IMG/VR virus record: IMGVR_UViG_3300028392_000038 | Coordinates: 1-64,000 of that record | Direction: 5' to 3' (one strand) | Length of the DNA stretch: 64,000 nt | DNA from: a virus | Shown here: in pieces, positions 39,114 through 49,193 of the stretch | Position numbering within the stretch: position 1 is the stretch's first letter | Layout of the letters: every line of letters begins with the position of its first letter | Notes under the pieces: generated by a model | Databases searched by the model: none | What the model was told of the DNA's origin: nothing | The model's input: only the letters and a program-made list of their open reading frames with translations | Position numbers and translations under genes: made by a program

Positions 39114-41774
39114 TTAAATAATTCTTATACCCGTATCTACTGACCATGTACCAGAAGTTACAACAGATTGAAGTGTTACATTACCAGCAATTATAACAAC
39201 ATTAAACTCAATTCCTATTGTAGAACCATTCAAGTCAGGTGTAGATGTATCAGTAAAGGCAACATTAGTTCCGTTCCAAGTAGCCATTACAGTACCAGTT
39301 CTTCTTTGATTAGAAGAACCAGAAAGATGATAATCAAAATAAACACCATTACCAGCAGAAGATGTAAATGAAACTATTGAAGTTGTACCAGATGTAAGAC
39401 CTGATGTAGCACTAGTATTAAGAATAAGTTGACCGGAAACTGAGAATGTAAACCCATCATATGTCAATCCAGTATTTGCTAATGCTGAATTTGTAGATGA
39501 TCCAGTAGCTGTTAATATTCTATAATCGGATGGATTTATAATAGAATTGAATCCTGTTCCAGAAGTACCACTAGTTCCTGATGTACCTGATGATCCACTT
39601 GTTCCAGAAGATCCACTTGTACCATTAGAACCATCTGTGCCATTAACACCAGATAAACCGGAAGTACCAGAAGATCCGCTTGTACCTGAAGATCCACTTG
39701 TACCTGAAGATCCACTTGATCCAGATGTTCCACTTGTACCAGATGTACCACTTGTACCAGATGATCCGGAAGTACCAGAACTACCACTTGTACCAGATGA
39801 TCCGGAAGTACCAGAACTACCACTTGTACCAGAAGATCCAGATGTACCAGAAGATCCAGAAGTACCAGAAGTACCAGAAGATCCAGAAGTACCAGAACTA
39901 CCACTTGTACCAGAAGATCCAGATGTACCAGAAGATCCAGATGTACCAGAAGATCCAGATGTACCAGAAGATCCAGATGTACCAGAAGATCCAGATGTAC
40001 CAGAAGATCCAGATGTACCATTAGATCCATCAATACCATTAACACCACTAATTCCGGATGATCCAGAAGTACCAGATGATCCAGAAGTACCAGATGATCC
40101 AGAAGTACCACTTGATCCAGAAGTACCAGATGATCCAGAAGTACCAGATGATCCAGAAGTACCACTTGATCCACTTGTACCCGAACTACCACTTGTACCT
40201 GAGCTACCGGATGATCCGCTTGTACCACTTGACCCAGAAGTACCAGAACTACCACTTGTACCAGATGATCCAGAAGTACCGGATGTACCAGAAGATCCAC
40301 TTGATCCACTTGTACCAGATGATCCAGAAGTACCAGATGATCCAGAAGTACCAGATGATCCAGAAGATCCAGAAGATCCAGAAGATCCAGATGTGCCTGA
40401 ACTACCAGATGTACCAGAAGATCCAGATGATCCACTTGTACCTGAGCTACCACTTGTACCTGAGCTACCGGATGTACCTGAGCTACCGGATGTACCGGAT
40501 GATCCGCTTGTACCACTTGATCCAGAAGTACCAGAAGATCCACTTGTGCCACTTGATCCAGAAGTACCAGAAGATCCACTTGTACCTGAACTACCACTCG
40601 TGCCGGATGATCCACTTGTACCTGAACTACCAGATGTACCAGAAGACCCACTTGTACCACTTGTACCACTTGATCCAGAAGTACCGGATGATCCGGATAT
40701 AACCATTAGGTCCCAATTAGGATTTACATCAGGTGTAGAAGCACCAGCCAATATATTAGCAGTCGCTATATATACAGAATATGGAGAACCATATTTAACA
40801 ACATCATTTATACCATAAGGTAGTGAAGATGACCAAAGACCTAGCCAATTTATATCTAAACCATTAAACCCAGATGATCCACTTGTACCAGAACTACCAG
40901 AACTACCAGAAGATCCACTTGTACCAGAAGATCCACTTGTACCTGATGATCCAGATGTGCCACTTGTACCTGATGATCCAGATGTGCCACTTGTACCTGA
41001 TGATCCAGATGTACCAGATGATCCAGATGATCCAGATGATCCAGAAGATCCAGAAGATCCACTTGATCCAGAAGATCCATTAGAACCATCTGTACCATTA
41101 ACACCAGATAAACCGGAAGTACCGGATGACCCAGAAGATCCACTTGACCCACTTGATCCTGATGATCCAGAAGTACCTGATGATCCACTTGACCCACTTG
41201 ATCCTGATGATCCAGAAGTACCTGATGATCCACTTGTTCCAGATGATCCAGTTGATCCTGATGATCCACTTGATCCACTTGATCCTGATGATCCACTTGT
41301 ACCAGAAGATCCTGATGATCCACTTGATCCTGATGATCCACTTGATCCACTTGTTCCAGATGATCCACTTGATCCACTTGATCCTGATGATCCAGTTGAT
41401 CCTGATGATCCACTTGATCCACTTGTTCCAGATGATCCACTTGATCCAGATGATCCACTTGATCCACTTGATCCTGATGATCCAGATGTACCTGATGATC
41501 CAGGTATTGATGCTGTCCAAGTAGCAACACCATTAGTATCACTAATTAAAATATAATTAGAACCTTGAGTACCATCTTGTAATTGAAATGCCCCAGATTG
41601 TGTTGAATATATATGGACTTTTGTGTTAGGAGAAGCAGTACCAATACCTAGTCTGTTATTCGTGAAATCCCAATGTAATTGATTAGAATTCTCACTTACA
41701 GTGCTATTAGTTCCTAAGAATAAAATTGACCCTTGTGTGCCTCCTCTAACTTGTTTGATATTCAACTGACCCAT
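39114..41774 (-). CDS. Second Gly-X-Y (GSS/GTS) fibre protein with CBM5/12-like module
   Basis: 886 aa; WLGLW...Y.INDVVKY module at about 40700-40855. Confidence 0.8.
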   Translation of the reverse strand: MGQLNIKQVRGGTQGSILFLGTNSTVSENSNQLHWDFTNNRLGIGTASPNTKVHIYSTQSGAFQLQDGTQGSNYILISDTNGVATWTASIPGSSGTSGSSGSSGSSGSSGSSGSSGTSGSSGSSGSTGSSGSSGSSGSSGTSGSSGSSGSSGSSGSSGTSGSSGSSGSSGSSGSTGSSGTSGSSGTSGSSGSSGSSGSSGTSGSSGSSGSSGSSGSSGTSGLSGVNGTDGSNGSSGSSGSSGSSGSSGSSGSSGTSGSSGTSGTSGSSGTSGTSGSSGTSGSSGTSGSSGSSGSSGTSGSSGFNGLDINWLGLWSSSLPYGINDVVKYGSPYSVYIATANILAGASTPDVNPNWDLMVISGSSGTSGSSGTSGTSGSSGTSGSSGTSGSSGTSGSSGTSGSSGTSGSSGTSGSSGTSGSSGTSGSSGTSGSSGTSGSSGTSGSSGTSGSSGSSGTSGSSGTSGSSGSSGSSGSSGTSGSSGTSGSSGTSGSSGSSGTSGTSGSSGTSGSSGTSGSSGTSGSSGSSGTSGSSGTSGSSGTSGSSGTSGSSGTSGSSGTSGSSGTSGSSGTSGSSGISGVNGIDGSNGTSGSSGTSGSSGTSGSSGTSGSSGTSGSSGTSGSSGTSGSSGTSGSSGTSGTSGSSGTSGSSGTSGSSGTSGSSGTSGSSGTSGSSGTSGTSGTSGTSGSSGSSGTSGSSGTSGSSGTSGLSGVNGTDGSNGTSGSSGTSGSSGTSGTSGTSGTGFNSIINPSDYRILTATGSSTNSALANTGLTYDGFTFSVSGQLILNTSATSGLTSGTTSIVSFTSSAGNGVYFDYHLSGSSNQRRTGTVMATWNGTNVAFTDTSTPDLNGSTIGIEFNVVIIAGNVTLQSVVTSGTWSVDTGIRII
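39555..41505 (-). repeat. GSS/GTS coding microrepeat
   Basis: Directly visible in the sequence. Confidence 0.95.
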
Positions 41775-41845
41775 TAATTAGCGTAATTATATTTTATCTT
41801 GTATATATTAATTAACCATAATGCTTTTTAATAAAAGAAATAAAA

Positions 41846-41869
41846 AAAAGGGAAGTTTTCTTCCCTTTT
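41846..41869 (-). terminator. Intrinsic terminator
   Basis: AAAAGGGAAG-TTTT-CTTCCCTTTT; the A-run on the left gives a U-tract on the minus strand. Confidence 0.8.
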
Positions 41870-41891
41870 GAAATATAAAAATTATTTTTTA

Positions 41892-43022
41892 TTAGTATTC
41901 ATAGATAATATCAACCTTATCAATTGCGGCTAAACTGAATCCAGATGTAGCAGCGTTCCAATAAAGTTCATCCCCTGATGTTATAGAACTAAATGTTCTA
42001 ATAATAAGACTATCAGGACTAAAATAACAATCAACTGATGAGTATGTACCATCACCTATTCTTTGAAGTTGACCATTAATAAAAACTTGAACTCTAGAAT
42101 AATCAGTAGGTGTATAACTAATTGTTATTCCGGTTGGTGAATATTCATATAAACAAGATGTTGGTGTACCATATTGATAATAAGGTGTTCCACCACCACC
42201 GATAGCTTGTAATTGACCTAAGTTATTAATTGTGATTGTAGTTTCATCTACAGAAACACTTAAAGTAGCTCCAGCACTAAGAGTTAAACCGGGACCAGCT
42301 GTAAAACCTGTACCAGAACCAATTGTATAATTGGAAAGTAATTGTCCTACATATTGAAATGCTAATCCTTTAGGACCTAGTGATAATCCACCACCTGGAG
42401 ATGGACCAAGACCTTTCATAAAGTCTATTTTAGCAGTACCAACAAGTGATAAACCCTCAAATGTAGTTACATCAAATTGAAAGTTATACCCAGTTGTTGC
42501 TGCTAGATCCTTAGGTGTATAACCTGGATCAAATCTAATTAGACCAGAGAAGTAATCTACCTCATAATTAGCATTCGGATATGTTATCCATGAACCATCA
42601 CTTGGGTGATAAAGTCTAAACTCTAATCCTGTAGATGGAAAACCTTCAGCATTTGGAGCATCTGATGGGTTTATTAATGGTTTATTCCAATCAACAGAAG
42701 GCTCAAATCCATCAACCACAGGAGATGGAGTACCTGAGTCAAAAAACCAAGTTTGGTAATTTGAGTTAGGCAAAGGATATAAGTAAGCCAAAGAAGATGT
42801 TGATCCAACAGCTCTAATAGTAATATTATCAGCAAATGAAGAAGCTGAAGCAATAGTAGAACCACAATATGGTACTGGACTCATCCATACTTCATTGGAT
42901 TTAACATTATGAGCACTCTTATATCTTTCATTACCAGCTGTATTTGTTGATAATGTAAGAACCTTACCTAGTGCGTGGAAAAAACCACCTTTTAGCTGTA
43001 CTGTTGAATTTAAATTAGGCAT
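41892..43022 (-). CDS. Putative virion structural protein
   Basis: S/T/G-rich. YEVDYFSGLIRF and AGPGLT..G.TLSV motifs. C-terminal domain (VFINGQ..GDG..CYFS.D.....GD.LYWN) shared with 45891-46901. Confidence 0.65.
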   Translation of the reverse strand: MPNLNSTVQLKGGFFHALGKVLTLSTNTAGNERYKSAHNVKSNEVWMSPVPYCGSTIASASSFADNITIRAVGSTSSLAYLYPLPNSNYQTWFFDSGTPSPVVDGFEPSVDWNKPLINPSDAPNAEGFPSTGLEFRLYHPSDGSWITYPNANYEVDYFSGLIRFDPGYTPKDLAATTGYNFQFDVTTFEGLSLVGTAKIDFMKGLGPSPGGGLSLGPKGLAFQYVGQLLSNYTIGSGTGFTAGPGLTLSAGATLSVSVDETTITINNLGQLQAIGGGGTPYYQYGTPTSCLYEYSPTGITISYTPTDYSRVQVFINGQLQRIGDGTYSSVDCYFSPDSLIIRTFSSITSGDELYWNAATSGFSLAAIDKVDIIYEY

Positions 43023-43036
43023 ATCTTAATTTATTT

Positions 43037-43228
43037 TTATTTTATATCATTACTTTGTTCATCACTAGGCAAACTATTATAAATTTGTCTAACTGACACA
43101 TAAAAGAAATTGAATTGTTCCTTTGTCATAGGAATTACTTGATAATTACCATCCATTTTCATAGATAAAAAGTAAACATCTTCTCCAACTTCATTTTTAA
43201 ACATTTTATTAAATTTTACATCAACCAT
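43037..43228 (-). CDS. Small hypothetical protein
   Basis: 63-aa ORF filling the gap between co-oriented genes. Confidence 0.55.
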   Translation of the reverse strand: MVDVKFNKMFKNEVGEDVYFLSMKMDGNYQVIPMTKEQFNFFYVSVRQIYNSLPSDEQSNDIK

Positions 43229-43271
43229 ATTGTCTTTTTATTTTTTAATTACTTATTAGATCTAACTTTTC

Positions 43272-45803
43272 TTACGATGGTGTAACAAATGTTATTTCAC
43301 TCATATATAAATTTTTTGAAGCAGCAGTACCAATAGTTGATCCATCTGCTATACCAACAAATAACCAAACCTTTCTACAAGTAAAACTTAAAGATTGTCT
43401 ATTGTAAGCGATTGCATAACCACCACCAGAACCTAAATAGTAAGTATTAGCTGTTGCTCTACCTGGATATGTAGCTGCGTTACCAGATAAGAATAAAAAC
43501 TTATCAGGTAGTGAATTACTACCACTGGAGTCAAATCCAGCCAAGATAACCAAATCTTGAGTACCTGCTGAAGATGTTTGAGTATCTCTATCTAAATATG
43601 CTTCTAAGAAGTTTGAAGGATTAAATACAAAACGACCAGTAGAGATATCAGATGAATATCCACTATTAGCTCCATAAGAAGTAACATGCCATCTATATCC
43701 ATTAAATACTAAAGGAGTTGTTGTACCAGATCCAGATCCAATATTATCATAAATATTAAATGTTTTATTTGATCCTGATAAACTAGAATAGTTAACAGAG
43801 TTAGTTTGATTTATCAAAGGAAAAAAGTTTTGAAAATTAGTTTGTGGATAAATAACTCTACCAAAAATATATTGTAACTCATCAGAAGGTAAAGTAACAT
43901 TTGATACAAAAGCAGCACTACCATTAGTAGTCAAAACACTACCTGTTAACAATCTACCTGTTTCACTTTCCAAAGGATCATTAAAGTATGACTTTGAGGC
44001 TGAGTTAACAGTATCAAATAACATAGCCTTATATCCTGAGTTATATGATGCAACAGAAGCCCAATCATATAATGTAGATGTTACTCTAGTAACACCAGAA
44101 GATGATATAGTATTATTAGATGAAAAACCAGGTATCCAATATCCTGTAGCATTTACAGTAGATGTTCTTGAATATGTTAATCCTGATTTATCCCAATTAA
44201 GATTCCAACCGGTAATAGCTGTTCCAGCGGCTTTAGTTCCATCTGAATGACCATCTAAAGTTCCAGTTGTAGACATATTAGTTGTACTAAAATCTATTTG
44301 TTTACTACTTGGAAATGTTATATCATTTAGTAAATCAACACCTGATGCTGTTAATGCAAAAGTTGAACCACTATCATAAAAAGCAACACCAGAATAATAA
44401 ACTAAAGTAGGTGTCAATTCATCAAAAACAACCGAACCAGATAAATTAGCACTAGAAGGTGATAAATCATTATCAAAGAAATAACCTGTAAGAGTAGAGA
44501 ATCTATATTCACCTGGAACCAAAGGTGAACCAGCACCCGGACCATATCCACTATTATAATGTGTAACTTTCCAACCAGTATATTTACCACCATTCGGAAA
44601 AATAGTTGATAGGTTAATAGAACCAGAAGCAGCTGCTTTATATCTATCACTATCAGGAAGAAAACTACTAACATTTATTGATAAACCAGCTGGAGTACTA
44701 TTAAAAGTACCAGTACCAGTTAATGATATTGTCATACCTCTAATTTCTGTTCCAACATCGTCAAATAATTGAAATTGTAAAGTTGTAGATAAATCATAAC
44801 AAGCAAATTCAGCCTCACTAAAAGCGGATGAAATTGTACTTGTAGCATTTCCTACAACAGGTCTTGTTGTACTAGCCGTAAAATCAGTAGAAGGTACCCA
44901 AGTACCAGTTGAATAAGAACCTGTATTACCAGGAGTAGAATTATAAGTATTTGATGTAGGATCAGCAATATATCTAGATGTAGCAGCAGTATTTAAACTA
45001 GGAGCAAAATATGCAACATAATCAGGTTGTGGTATCCATACTGTTACCGTAACTGGAGTATCTTGTGTAACTAAAACAGCTGAAGATGTTGTACCAGGAT
45101 GAGCGGGTACAGTAATAACACCACCTCTAAATATAATGTTTTCAACATTACTATAAGTCATACCGGTATTATAATCAGCAACTGATAAGTTAAATGAACC
45201 ACCCAATGATGTGAATTGCACCCAAACAATATCAGTAGTACCAATAATAGCAGTGGTATCAGGAGATGAAACAACCCAACCTTGATCAGCGTATGAATTA
45301 CCTTCTTTGATAAAACAATATTCACCACCATCTACTTCAGCAGATGGATCACCATCAAAGTCAGTAGATCTAGTTAATAAATTAGTAGTTGTGTAATCAT
45401 ATATACCATTTACCCATCTATCAGTTGTTGAGTTAACAACAATTCTATCACCAGCACTAAATGATGCTGAGTTTATACCATCAATTGAAGAAAATGAAAA
45501 TGAAAGTGTAGCTCCTACACCAGAAACACCATTACTATATGTATATCCAAATTCAGTAGTAACATCACCAATATAAATAACTCTAGCAGCTTCTTTTGGA
45601 TTTAAACCAACAGCAACAGCATCAACATATTCCTTGTTAACAACATCATTACCAACTAAAATATCAGAAGTTTCTCTTCTTAAAAAAGTACCAGAAGCAA
45701 AACTCATGGTAGCAGAGGCTGTAAATGTTACTAAACCTGAACCATTTAATTTATCTAATGATGTCGATGTATCTCTAATTTGTTTACCGTCCAACAAACC
45801 CAT
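43272..45803 (-). CDS. Putative tail fibre/virion structural protein
   Basis: DVVNKEYVDA and NGIY....LTRSTDFD....F.KEG fibre-type motifs; AATATATA upstream. Confidence 0.7.
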   Translation of the reverse strand: MGLLDGKQIRDTSTSLDKLNGSGLVTFTASATMSFASGTFLRRETSDILVGNDVVNKEYVDAVAVGLNPKEAARVIYIGDVTTEFGYTYSNGVSGVGATLSFSFSSIDGINSASFSAGDRIVVNSTTDRWVNGIYDYTTTNLLTRSTDFDGDPSAEVDGGEYCFIKEGNSYADQGWVVSSPDTTAIIGTTDIVWVQFTSLGGSFNLSVADYNTGMTYSNVENIIFRGGVITVPAHPGTTSSAVLVTQDTPVTVTVWIPQPDYVAYFAPSLNTAATSRYIADPTSNTYNSTPGNTGSYSTGTWVPSTDFTASTTRPVVGNATSTISSAFSEAEFACYDLSTTLQFQLFDDVGTEIRGMTISLTGTGTFNSTPAGLSINVSSFLPDSDRYKAAASGSINLSTIFPNGGKYTGWKVTHYNSGYGPGAGSPLVPGEYRFSTLTGYFFDNDLSPSSANLSGSVVFDELTPTLVYYSGVAFYDSGSTFALTASGVDLLNDITFPSSKQIDFSTTNMSTTGTLDGHSDGTKAAGTAITGWNLNWDKSGLTYSRTSTVNATGYWIPGFSSNNTISSSGVTRVTSTLYDWASVASYNSGYKAMLFDTVNSASKSYFNDPLESETGRLLTGSVLTTNGSAAFVSNVTLPSDELQYIFGRVIYPQTNFQNFFPLINQTNSVNYSSLSGSNKTFNIYDNIGSGSGTTTPLVFNGYRWHVTSYGANSGYSSDISTGRFVFNPSNFLEAYLDRDTQTSSAGTQDLVILAGFDSSGSNSLPDKFLFLSGNAATYPGRATANTYYLGSGGGYAIAYNRQSLSFTCRKVWLFVGIADGSTIGTAASKNLYMSEITFVTPS

Positions 45804-45890
45804 AATTTATTATTTATTTTTTAATTTATAGTGTATATATTATTTATAAAATATCTGTTTTAACTTTTTTAATTATTTTTTAATTCTTTT

Positions 45891-46901
45891 TTATACTAAA
45901 TAATGAACTGAAATTCTCCAACTTGTGTATAAATCTATTCCAGCAACCAAACCATTCCAATAAAGACCATCACCTGCCTGAACAGCATTAATACCCACAA
46001 AATCTTTAGCACTAGCACCAGAATCATTACTAAAGTAACAAGAACTACTCATAGTAGAACCATCACCAACTTCAAATTCTTGACCATTAACATAAACTGA
46101 AATATAAGATTTATTAATAGGAACATTTGATAAGGTTAATCCAGAAAATTGACCATCCCCAGTTGTGTCATATGACATAATATAATTCTTATCAGCATTA
46201 CTCATTAAACCACCACCGGTAATCGGACTAACCCAATTAAATATACCATTACTATCAACCGATAATAAGTATCCGGCAGTTGGACCACTTAGTGAACTAA
46301 GAACACTAGCTGTTAAACTATTAGGTAAAACAAAAGAGGAAACAGATGGACCATAAACCGTATTTTGAACCGTATATCCAATTGTATCACTATCATTAAA
46401 ACTAGTAGTAGCACCAGCAACAAAGCTAACAAAAGCAAGGGATCCATAGTTAGAGAAAGATCCACCACTCATTACTAAACCACCATTTGCAATAACAACT
46501 TGTCCATAATTAACAAAATTACCAGCAATAGTTAAATCACCATATATCCAGTATTGATAATTTAACGGAACTAAAATATTATCACTCGGTTCAATATAAT
46601 ACTTAACACTAAGTCCTCCCCCACCGGAACCACTAAATACCTCCCAGTTATTATTATCCGTAATATCAGTGCCACCTGGATTCAATAAATTATATTGTAG
46701 TTGATATGTTTGATGATCATCAATCACATAACACATCATACCCCAATCTCTTCTCTCAACTATAATAGCATCTCTATCAGTACTAGATGTAGCGAAATGC
46801 AAACCACCTTTTATTTCAGTAGCATAAGCGGATGCTATCGGCATTGTGTCCGTTAGTGGTCTAATCGCTGCGCCTACAAGTGTACCTACATTTTGAGCCA
46901 T
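45891..46901 (-). CDS. Putative virion structural protein
   Basis: RDAI..ERR.WGM..YV module; C-terminal domain paralogous to 41892-43022. Confidence 0.65.
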   Translation of the reverse strand: MAQNVGTLVGAAIRPLTDTMPIASAYATEIKGGLHFATSSTDRDAIIVERRDWGMMCYVIDDHQTYQLQYNLLNPGGTDITDNNNWEVFSGSGGGGLSVKYYIEPSDNILVPLNYQYWIYGDLTIAGNFVNYGQVVIANGGLVMSGGSFSNYGSLAFVSFVAGATTSFNDSDTIGYTVQNTVYGPSVSSFVLPNSLTASVLSSLSGPTAGYLLSVDSNGIFNWVSPITGGGLMSNADKNYIMSYDTTGDGQFSGLTLSNVPINKSYISVYVNGQEFEVGDGSTMSSSCYFSNDSGASAKDFVGINAVQAGDGLYWNGLVAGIDLYTSWRISVHYLV

Positions 46902-46919
46902 TTTTTAATTTTTATTTTT

Positions 46920-47942
46920 TTAACTTATAGTGAATAATGATGCCATACCATAAGTAGTATTACTTACCCACACTTCATAATTCGATGTAATACCATACTG
47001 ATTAACAAGTGGTGAATTTGTTCTAACTCTTGTAAAAGCGGTATTTGGTAATCCATTTACTGAAAAAGATGGTGTGTAAGAACTGGCTACGCTACTAGGC
47101 CATGCAAATATTAAATACCAACCATTACCATCTATTCCATCATATGTTTTAGTTTTTGTTGCTGAAAGTTCACTTCCAAATGCTTGTCCATTAGCACTAG
47201 CTCCTGTTAATGATCTTATAACAGAATCTGTAGTAACAGTAGAAACCAATGATGCTAATCCCGGATTACTAGTAAGATTTGGATTTCCTATACTACTTAA
47301 ATCAATCCTACCCCAATATCTTTTATTTTGCCAATATAATGTAGCACTAGTAGAAGGAGATGAAACACCATCACTAACAGACATATAAAATGTATTTGTC
47401 TGTTGAACAGATGAGTTTATAGTAGCAACACTATAAGTACCTAAAACATTAGTTTTTGTTCCAGTTTGTGAGTTACCAGTAGGTATAATACCAGTACCAT
47501 CAACTGTTATAACAGTAATAGGAGTATTTCCATTCCTAGTAACTGACCAATTTAAACTTAATAAAGTACTATAACCAAACTCTCTTGGATTAGGAGATGA
47601 AACTGATAGAGAAACCGAAGGAGAAGCGTATGGATAGAATACTCTATCTAAAGCGTCTTGGACAGTTCCACTAAATGTAGAACCAGTAGGAACGCCACCG
47701 ATAGTAGCAGCTGTTGAAGGAAGTGTTCTGTTATAAGTAACATCATTACTACCTATACTAGCACTAAGTCCAGAAATTTTTTCCCATAAGGTAAATACGG
47801 AATCTCTAACATCTTTAGCTTGAATCTGATTAGCAGTATTATCCGGAATTTTAACCAATAGTTCCTGAATAGTACTATAACTATTAGCAGATGAACTACC
47901 ACCAGTTGGTGCGGGTGGTCCAGAATAGGTTCCTATTAACAT
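46920..47942 (-). CDS. Putative virion structural protein
   Basis: S/T-rich with beta-type composition; first gene of the minus-strand structural block; AATATATA upstream. Confidence 0.65.
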   Translation of the reverse strand: MLIGTYSGPPAPTGGSSSANSYSTIQELLVKIPDNTANQIQAKDVRDSVFTLWEKISGLSASIGSNDVTYNRTLPSTAATIGGVPTGSTFSGTVQDALDRVFYPYASPSVSLSVSSPNPREFGYSTLLSLNWSVTRNGNTPITVITVDGTGIIPTGNSQTGTKTNVLGTYSVATINSSVQQTNTFYMSVSDGVSSPSTSATLYWQNKRYWGRIDLSSIGNPNLTSNPGLASLVSTVTTDSVIRSLTGASANGQAFGSELSATKTKTYDGIDGNGWYLIFAWPSSVASSYTPSFSVNGLPNTAFTRVRTNSPLVNQYGITSNYEVWVSNTTYGMASLFTIS

Positions 47943-48014
47943 ATTTTAAAACGCATTTTCTTATATATTAAAAATATAAAATCTATAATCATTTTAGTTT
48001 CTAATTATTTATCA

Positions 48015-48024
48015 TATATTTGTA
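48015..48024 (+). promoter_or_regulatory. TATATTTGTA Bacteroidota-type -7 promoter box (also at 51918 and 61799)
   Basis: Matches the TAnnTTTG consensus; identical 10-mer before three + strand genes. Confidence 0.55.
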
Positions 48025-48026
48025 AT

Positions 48027-49190
48027 ATGAAAGAAAATCTAATTAATTTTATTGATCAAAAGTCTCCAGGTGCAATTCCACTACTTATTGTAATAAGAGG
48101 ATCTCACGCATATGGGACTAATATTGAAACTTCAGATACTGATTATTCAGGTATATTTGTTCAATCAGAAGATGATATTTTAGGAAATAAATATCTTGAA
48201 CAAATAAATGATGATAAAAATGATACTGTTATTTATGAGGTTCGTAGATTTTTAGAATTGGTTTCTAAAAATAATCCTACAGTTTTAGAATTACTTAACA
48301 CACCAGAAGATTGTATTCTATACAAAGATCCTGCTTTTGATATTATTCTTGAAAATAAAGATAAATTCATTACTAAAATTTGTGCTAATTCTTTTGGTGG
48401 ATATGCTAAGATGCAAATTCAAAAAGCTAAAGGTCAAAATAAAAAACAAAACTGGGAAAAAGATAAAGTAACTAGAAAGACCCCTCTTGATTTTTGTTAT
48501 TTGCATAAAGGAGAGAAATCATTTAATTTATCAGACTTCTTAGAAAGTAACAATATGGATCAAAAGTTTGGAGGATTATCTAAATCACCACACGGAAGAG
48601 ATGTGTATTCATTTTTCTATGATTTTATATCAGATAGTTACTTCAATGATAAAAAAAGTTTATTATTTAGATTTTTAAAACTAAAAACTATCTATCTAAA
48701 CAGAGAACCTATCGGTTTTAAAGGTATATCATTCGAAGACTCAAATGATATAAGACTGAGTTCAATACCATTCAATTGTCCAAAAAGTTTCTTTATTGGT
48801 CATGTATCTTACAATAAAGATGCTTATACTCAACATTGTAATGATTATAAATCTTACCAAACTTGGTTAAATGAGAGAAATGAGGCTCGATGGGTAGATG
48901 TTAAATCTCAAAAAATTGACGGTAAGAATATGATGCATTGTAAAAGATTAATGCAAATGTCTAGAGAGATTGCTGAAGGAAAAGGTATTATTATCCGTAG
49001 AGAAAATGCTAAAGAACTTATTTCTATTAGAAAAGGAGAGATTGATTTACAAACTTTAATTGATTCTGTTGAATTAGAAATTGTAGAAATTGATAAACTT
49101 TTTACTAATTCTAAACTACCAGATAGTGTAGATAACAATTTTATTCATGAATTGATTGTTAAAATAAGGAAACAATTATATAATAAATAG
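48027..49190 (+). CDS. Pol-beta-superfamily nucleotidyltransferase (YcgL/RlaP-like)
   Basis: RGSHAYGTN...SDTDYSGIF, YE..RF..L..KNNP..LELL, SFGGYA..Q and KNMMHCKRL motifs. Confidence 0.8.
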   Translation: MKENLINFIDQKSPGAIPLLIVIRGSHAYGTNIETSDTDYSGIFVQSEDDILGNKYLEQINDDKNDTVIYEVRRFLELVSKNNPTVLELLNTPEDCILYKDPAFDIILENKDKFITKICANSFGGYAKMQIQKAKGQNKKQNWEKDKVTRKTPLDFCYLHKGEKSFNLSDFLESNNMDQKFGGLSKSPHGRDVYSFFYDFISDSYFNDKKSLLFRFLKLKTIYLNREPIGFKGISFEDSNDIRLSSIPFNCPKSFFIGHVSYNKDAYTQHCNDYKSYQTWLNERNEARWVDVKSQKIDGKNMMHCKRLMQMSREIAEGKGIIIRRENAKELISIRKGEIDLQTLIDSVELEIVEIDKLFTNSKLPDSVDNNFIHELIVKIRKQLYNK

Positions 49191-49193
49191 ATT

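Noticed and set aside
31916-41556. Dozens of long alternative-frame and antisense ORFs (PDDPEVP..., MIQKYQ..., VLLDHL...)
   Set aside because: Shadows of the stop-free GSS/GTS codon repeat. They begin and end with the repeat and have no promoters or unique domains.
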